Assembly (NCBI GenBank): GCA_030141605.1
Contig: JAQGDQ010000187.1
Location: forward strand, 310,001 to 374,000
Direction of reading: 5' to 3'
DNA length: 64,000 nt
Origin: Tubiluchus corallicola
Taxonomy: Eukaryota; Animalia; Priapulida
Shown here: in pieces, positions 58,601 to 64,000 of the stretch
How the letters are laid out: each line of letters begins with the position of its first letter
Numbering within the stretch: position 1 is the first letter of the stretch
The notes under the pieces: model-generated
What the model saw: the letters and a program-made list of their open reading frames with translations, nothing else
The model's database searches: none
Told to the model about the DNA's origin: nothing
Program-made: the position numbers and the translations under genes

Positions 58601-61600
58601 TTTTTACTTCAAACAGAAAGTTTAAAAGTAAGTCAGGTATGTAGTTAGAATACTTTTTGCTTAAATCATTTTCCAAATTTGTTAAACTTGAATGGCATGA
58701 GGATAAACGAGAACAAGAGTTTAGGAAAGTAATTTTTGTAATTTCATGCAACTATTAAGCTTCAAGCTAAAACATAGTTATTAAAACTTTTTTAATCTTT
58801 TAAATAAAGTAATCTTTAAAGGTTCATACAATTGCACTGAAAATTGACTTTTGGCACGATTCTTAAAGAACATCAGACATGACAAGTAATAATTCTGTTT
58901 CTTTAGAAGACATTTTTGTGCACTACTTCAGATTCATTTTATATGGAAGCAGCAGCACTAATATCCTGTTTATGTTTATTCTTAGCTGCATCACAATTTG
59001 CAATTAATTTACTGGGAAGCCTATCAAATTGACATTTGAATGCCAAATTTATCTCCGATCTTATTACAATTTGCAGAAGAAACTTAATAACTGTTTCCTT
59101 TTACTGAATTAATTTAACCGAAAAGTCATTACATTTACCCTTTTCATACTTATTTTCCATTTTCATAACCACTTGCAATGTCTGTTAGGTTATTATTATT
59201 ACTGTTGTTTTAATGTTTTCAATTTAATGATATTTTCAATTCTATTACCATAAGCTTTATTAACAGCATTAAATCTATTGTACCGCTATTATTTATTTAT
59301 ATATGCCTTGCCTGTAACAGGTCTTTCTGTACAATTTTAATACATTATTTATTTAGTGTCTTTTCATTGTTTTTGCAGACATTAATATGCTGTAATTTTA
59401 AGTTGAGTTGTTTTTGCAGACATTAAAATGCTGTAATTCTAAGCTGAGTTCTATTAGGAATGATGCTTCCGCCTTGCTATATCTGCTAACGAGGAGTAAT
59501 TTTGAGTACACAGGTGCGAGGAACTTCACCAGGGTACATTTACAGGTAACAGCTTACCTCCAGTAATTTGGAATATTAAACTTACGTGAAAAGTCGGTGA
59601 AATTTGATATCATTAGTGTGATTTTATTGTTAGTAATATGTGAATGCAGAATAAATTATTTAGCAGTTTTAGAACATTACAAAGAAATAAAGCTATCACG
59701 TTTCGGTTATTTTATATAGGAATTGTGCATCTATTGCAACTATTTGGTATTCTCGTCTTGACGTAAATCCAGTTACTCAAGTAGCTGGTGGAAATTCACA
59801 TCATAATTAGTATTCATTTGTCTTCATACAACTTTGTTTACAAGATTTAGAAATGTATATTGCATGTTACTTGTTTAATACAGAGGCATGTATTCAAGTT
59901 CTTTGCTCGAAGATGTTATGTAAGCTACTTAAAAGACTTAAAATTTTTTGTGTTGTCTTATATAGTCTTTATGTGAAGAAGTTATAAAAAATTATGCTTT
60001 ATACATGCTAATAACTTTACAGGAATTTGGTTTAAAAATACTTTTGCAAGATATTGTTAGATATACGTTTCACAGCACTGCAATAAATTCTTGATTTCTA
60101 GACAATTGTATCAGTGTCACAACTGCTAGGTGACTCCATCAACTTAAATAATGAGCGATTCCGTGAAAGCCTTTCCAACATTAACAATTATGCAATCAGT
60201 GACAAAGCTATGAAGGTAAAAGATCAGTTTTAATACTTTTTCAGTATTTTTATTTCTAAGAAATTATTTAAGGTTGATTTGCAACTAAAAGTCCTCAGTT
60301 AAAGCTTACATTTTTTAACTTTCATAAGATGTTCATCTGATCTCTTAATTTTAGTTTCTCATTGCCCGGAAATGATTAACAACAGTTTTTGTTACCAAAC
60401 TTTCAAAACCATAGTTACATTCGATTATATAGCATTATGTATATTTTCTTATATCTATGTCACTGTACAACTTGTTTTGTTTACTCAGCATTTCTGTTGG
60501 TATTTACATTATAATGCTGCTATTATTTAACTTCAAATTAAAATCGCAATTGTGATGCAAGTTGATTTAATTATTCTCTTTGTTTGCCTTGTTGTTTGCC
60601 TGTCTATTTAAGGGTGTTCTAAAATTATTTTGAACTAAATACTGTAATATATTAGCTAGAAACTAAAAAAGGTTTACAACATAAGTGTGTTTTGAAATAA
60701 ATTTTTATTGTATGTACATAAACCTAATAAATTTATGTAGCTTACATTAGTTGTTAAAATGTTCTAACAAAGTGAATTTTATGTAGAGCACACCATTTCC
60801 GTCAGAAGTTAAAGACCTAACGAAACGTATTCGGACAGTTCTTGAAGCAACGGCACAGGTATGGTGCAACAGTAAAATGTTTATATCATTATGGTGTAAG
60901 TGTTGTAATAATAAATGTTTTTTTTTCTATTTAAATGATTGTCTGAAAATTCCAGTAACTTGTGATTTCTAACTGCAACTTGTATTGGTATATGCTATTT
61001 ATGGAAAGCAACACAATTGTTAAGCTGACACAGACTATGAAGAAGCGCTTCATAAAGCAGAATAAAGGCTCAACACTATGACTACCCACTGCCTCGCTTG
61101 CATGTAAAAGCTTGTTCTAGTTAAATAATTTTGCTTTTTGCTGACGAGCTCTCTTGCTGGGTACTACGTTTTTTATTATTATATATATTGAATAACAATC
61201 TGTATATACATATGTATATTATTATTATTTTCTAGATGAAGGAACATGAGAACGATCCAGAAATGTTGGTAGATCTGCAGTACAGTCTAGCAAATTCTTA
61301 TGCGAGCACACCTGAACTACGCCTGACGTGGCTTGAAAACATGGCACGCATCCACGTTAAGGATGGAAATCTTTCTGAGGCTGCACACTGTCATGTACAT
61401 ATTGCAGCATTAGTTGCTGAGTACCTGAAAAGAAAGGGTATTAAAAAATTCTTTCACTAAGCAAGCTACTAATATAAGTAATAGACTAACTTAAAATACA
61501 TTAATGATTTTAATCTAGAGTTTCTTTTGACATTTCTGTGTTTAATGAACAAGTGGAGCGGGCCTGCAACAGAGCCATTCTTTCCTATATTAAAGAACAA

Positions 61601-63964
61601 GTTACAGCTTAATATTCTTAACATTTTAAGTTGTATTTTCTTCACTAGCATAAGTTAATGTTATTGCAATTATAATACAGTTGTGGTGGTTTCAATTTTA
61701 CTAGCTTGCAGTCTATTAGTAATGCGTACAATTTGGTTTGTAAGAACTCGTGTAAGTGATCCTACAATAATATTTAGTAGTAAGGCTTTGGAAAATTTAG
61801 ATATCGCTGTATAAAAGATGAGATAGAGTTGAAAAGAAAAAACACTACAGTGAAGTAGTTAAAACAAGAAAAAATAGTATGAAATAGCAGCAGTATGTAG
61901 CTAAGTGTGATGACTTAGTATGTGATGCTGAAAACATTTATGAAAAATGTATATGGATTATAAAAGCATAATTCTTATTACCACTGATACATGTAAACCA
62001 GAAAGTAAGAGTATGATGTACAGTATATGGTCTGTACTAATTAATTCATATAACATTTTAGAAAATATCTGTAAATTTGTGGTAATCTCGTATTTAATTT
62101 GTAGGAATTTTTCCACAAGGTTGTGCAGCTTTTGGTACAATTTCACCTAATATTGTGCGTGATGAGTCTAATATGAAGGATGATGCTGGCATGCAAGATG
62201 TGCAGTACACTGAGGTTAGATTTTAGAAAATTCCTCTATAATAGTATTTGATGTAATAAATTAGTTCAAATTAGGAAAGTGCTGATTTTGAATTCAACTT
62301 TGTTTAAGTGTTGCTAGTACCAGTAAACAACCATATTCTGTTTTTTAGGACACTTTGCAAGAAAAATTAGAGATGTGTGCTTACACTCTGGATCAAGCTG
62401 AAAGATGGGAAGTAATGGGCGAAGTTTACAAACTTATCATACCCATACATGAGAAACATAGAAATTACAGGGTAAGTTAATATCTCTATTTGTTTTTATG
62501 TAATTATAAATTTAATCGTATCATGCATATGAAGTAAATTAAAAAGGCTGAAAAACATTCTTGTGGATTTTAATTATCCATATCTTCTATAGTCCAGGCG
62601 ATTATACTAACCATTACACCACTGTAAACATTTTATTGTAAAAACTACCACTTGCAAATTATTTAGTTAAACACTAAATAGGCAAACTATACATAATAAG
62701 CTGCAAATTAATAAATTTTAATTTATTCCATAACTGAAAAGTGATTGTTTTCAACTGTGTTTATTTTCTGTGATAGGCTCTAGCTGAAGCATACCATCAG
62801 CTCCACTTGGGATACAATAAAATTGTGAGCGTCATGCAGTCTGGCAAACGTCTGTTGGGTACATTTTTCAAAGTAGCTTTTTATGGATCGGTAAAGCTCT
62901 TTTTTATATAGCAGAAGCTACTAATCAACTCATTATTCTAGTAATGTTGCCATAGCCAAAACTGTTTCATTACCAAATATGTTCCTCTATAATCAAACAC
63001 TAAACCAGCTAAGGTGTCTTAGTTATGCTGTGATGTATATACGTCCTGCCTAAAAAATAGAAAGTATGGTTGGTGAAACTGCCTAGAAGATTGAGCACCT
63101 TTATTCATCAGGTAATGTGATACTTAACTTTGGTTGTTAGGCATACACTTTAACCACCCATTTATTCAACTACCCGTTGCTTATGTGGTTTTTCATACAG
63201 TGTGGAATTTGTATTATAATGTGGAGTCTTCAATGTGTCAATTTGTTAATCTTAAGGGTGTTAAAATGTTGATATATGAGTGAATTTCACTCATATGAAT
63301 GAGAGTTGAATTCTCGTTATTTTTTTCTTTATTGCATAATTTTGTGCGAAAAATCATAGAAGAAAAAATTGTAAAACATGTTTAAGATTATATGATTTTT
63401 GTGTTATACAATTTGTTTCTCAACTTTTCTGTTCAGTGCTATATTAAATTATGTTCAAAATGAGTGCTCATTGACATGAAAAAAATCACTGTAGGTGGCT
63501 TTATTATCACATAGCATTTAATTATGGAATAATTGCTAGCTGTTCTTTCCCACTTGATAAATTGCTATTTAGAAGGTGGTAACTGACATTTTATATGTGC
63601 TTGTATTAATTAAAGAATAATGTGCACCTATGTGCATTTTTACTGAAAAAACATAAAATATACATATACCTTATTATTTCATTTTGTGTTACATTGCTTA
63701 ATTAATATTGTTGAGATAAAAACCTATGTTATGTTTCAAACAAGATGAAATGAGAAAAGCTTTTTAAAAGATGATGTAAATATCTAATAACTGAATTATT
63801 CATTGTTTTCCCAAATATTTCAGTTGTTCGAAGCAGATGACAGACGCGAGTACATCTATAAAGAGCCAAAACTTACTAGGTTGTCTGAAATTTCCGAACG
63901 CCTAGAAAAATTGTACACAGATAAATTCAGCAAGGACACAGTCAAAATCTTGGACTCCAGCTTT
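22606..63964 (+). CDS. DOCK9: Dedicator of cytokinesis DOCK-D/zizimin (DOCK9/10/11-like) Cdc42 GEF: N-terminal, PH, DHR1/C2, ARM and start of DHR2; 3'-partial
   Basis: Exons in continuous frame: 22606-22710 ([26 protein letters not shown]), 24084-24200 (VVDPLDYE), 25889-26055, 27393-27468, 28738-28848, 30440-30571, 30704-30857, 31251-31417, 33356-33502, 34107-34325, 34759-34964 ([11 protein letters not shown]), 35518-35646, 36207-36286, 37445-37632, 38221-38379 (ARNIAC), 39131-39288 ([11 protein letters not shown]...VGYAWLPI), 39725-39812, 40284-40370, 43639-43728, 47240-47425, 47877-48074 ([12 protein letters not shown]), 48975-49121, 49271-49354 (FMDRGFV), 49880-49988, 50956-51134, 51422-51630, 51973-52052, 53221-53341, 54236-54351, 55042-55162, 55291-55403, 55665-55777, 56204-56341, 58007-58063, 59420-59545, 60102-60215, 60787-60858, 61236-61437 ([27 protein letters not shown]), 62105-62214, 62349-62471, 62777-62890, 63824-63964 (YIYKEP). 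The symbol is nominal: this is likely co-orthologous to vertebrate DOCK9/10/11. Confidence 0.96.
25618..25650. repeat. (TA)n microsatellite
   Basis: Direct reading. Confidence 0.93.
29330..30388 (-). mobile_element. Possible old Tigger/pogo relic
   Basis: Minus strand 29340-29411 translates [24 protein letters not shown], resembling Tigger transposase C-termini; a CAGT-type terminus (gaggacttactg) lies at ~30377-30388; the opposite TIR was not found. Confidence 0.35.
32037..33280 (+). mobile_element. pogo/Tigger family DNA transposon, internally deleted (1244 bp), with DDE_1 transposase remnant
   Basis: TA TSDs; TIRs cagtaggtgccgcttaatagac / gtctattaagcggcgcctactg (21/22); remnant [15 protein letters not shown]...LVDNCTAH...[27 protein letters not shown] (D30D spacing). 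Confidence 0.93.
34632..34690. repeat. GT-rich degenerate microsatellite
   Basis: gtgtgtgcgtgcgtggtgtgtgcgtgc... direct reading. Confidence 0.8.
40683..43424. mobile_element. 2.7-kb non-autonomous TIR element with TTAA TSD (Kolobok-like by terminus rule)
   Basis: TTAA at 40679-82 and 43425-28; 26-bp TIRs gaacgagtccgcgagagcaccatgca / rc gaacgcgtccgcgagaagaccatgca (23/26); purine-purine terminus rather than the CC of piggyBac; no transposase ORF. Confidence 0.85.
42151..42429. mobile_element. hAT-like MITE nested in the TTAA element
   Basis: Ends tataagcgta...tacgcctatg (imperfect TIR) flanked by an 8-bp near-duplication tgagacaa / taagacaa. Confidence 0.65.
43912..44810 (+). mobile_element. 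Second, shorter copy of the pogo/Tigger element at 32037-33280
   Basis: Colinear similarity over both arms (e.g. aattgactcaatattt.tccttc; gaaggaatttttgtaatttt.gcaaataaacaga); right TIR gtctattaagtggcacctactg|TA; left TIR eroded (taggtgtcacttaatagac). Confidence 0.9.
45227..45360 (+). mobile_element. Small inverted-repeat element with internal (CCCTAA)n-like repeats, copy 1
   Basis: IR tttgcaattccccacaca / tgtgtggggaattgtaaa (17/18) enclosing ccctaaccctaacccaaccccaaccctaac... Confidence 0.8.
46768..46839 (+). CDS. Candidate 72-nt symmetric cassette exon of DOCK ([24 protein letters not shown])
   Basis: tccacag| acceptor, AAG|gtaagc donor, phase 0-0 matching the flanking exons, no stop. Confidence 0.7.
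47524..47779. repeat. Recent direct duplication, two ~76-bp copies 180 bp apart
   Basis: ttgacagattcatagtgcctgattgtaagaatgt.cctgatttttc.tttt.tatctttcgtttttatttagcaat at 47524 and 47704, about 3 mismatches. Confidence 0.92.
50267..50296 (+). CDS. Candidate 30-nt microexon of DOCK ([10 protein letters not shown])
   Basis: tttttcctag| acceptor, CAG|gtatgt donor, phase 1-1 matching exons 49880-49988 and 50956-51134, no stop. Confidence 0.7.
52461..52607. repeat. (GT)n/(GTGC)n compound microsatellite
   Basis: Direct reading; produces spurious His/Thr and Val/Cys ORFs. Confidence 0.93.
53520..53624 (-). mobile_element. Small inverted-repeat element with (TTAGGG)n-like repeats, copy 2 (opposite orientation)
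   Basis: Reverse-complement match to 45227-45360: tccccatacacaaaaaattagtttatgaagtggattaaggttag...agggttagggttagcgtatttaaattgtgtgggaaattgtaaactc. Confidence 0.8.
53809..53864. repeat. Imperfect palindrome/hairpin
   Basis: gggcattaatgcccactactaatg ... cattagtggccattaatgccc. Confidence 0.75.
56935..56994. repeat. Perfect 22-bp inverted repeat with 16-nt spacer
   Basis: aaaaactttcaatttgattttg - gcttttccagaaagga - caaaatcaaattgaaagttttt. Confidence 0.9.
59367..59450 (+). repeat. 41-bp tandem duplication spanning a DOCK splice acceptor
   Basis: ttgtttttgcagacattaatatgctgtaattttaagttgag followed by ttgtttttgcagacattaaaatgctgtaattctaagctgag. Confidence 0.93.
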
Positions 63965-64000
63965 GTATGTATTGTATCTTGCGCATTGAGAATATGCTAC

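Noticed and set aside
62570-62625. tRNA-like 5' half on the minus strand (tggtgtaatggttag); similar A-box-like strings at ~23557 and ~37149
   Set aside because: No B box or cloverleaf; at most eroded SINE heads, not tRNA genes.

Overview
AT-rich, intron-rich eukaryotic DNA from a metazoan; it is probably a non-insect bilaterian invertebrate, but the species cannot be determined from the sequence. Three genes could be reconstructed by hand from splice sites. (1) The 3' two-thirds of a cAMP phosphodiesterase PDE4/dunce gene (+, exons 1413-6172) with candidate alternative C-terminal exons out to 7750 and a long downstream UTR-like region. (2) A complete 4-exon EF-hand + WD40 gene of the WDR49(CFAP337)/EFCAB8/WDY family (-, 20393-12361, about 1160 aa) whose first coding exon is 2.8 kb. 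(3) The 5' ~80% of a DOCK-D/zizimin (DOCK9/10/11) Cdc42 GEF gene (+, from 22606 past the window end, more than 40 exons). Introns hold a DD41D Tc1/mariner deletion derivative, two pogo/Tigger derivatives, a 2.7-kb TTAA-flanked non-autonomous element with a nested hAT-like MITE, telomere-repeat MITEs, a CR1-like LINE relic and microsatellites. I found no evidence of a wholly new biological system. The most interesting observations concern splicing (a duplicated out-of-frame acceptor, two cassette exons, a GC-AG intron, PDE4 tail switching), the nearly intronless ciliary gene and the unclassified transposons. All coordinates were read manually and may be off by a few bases.
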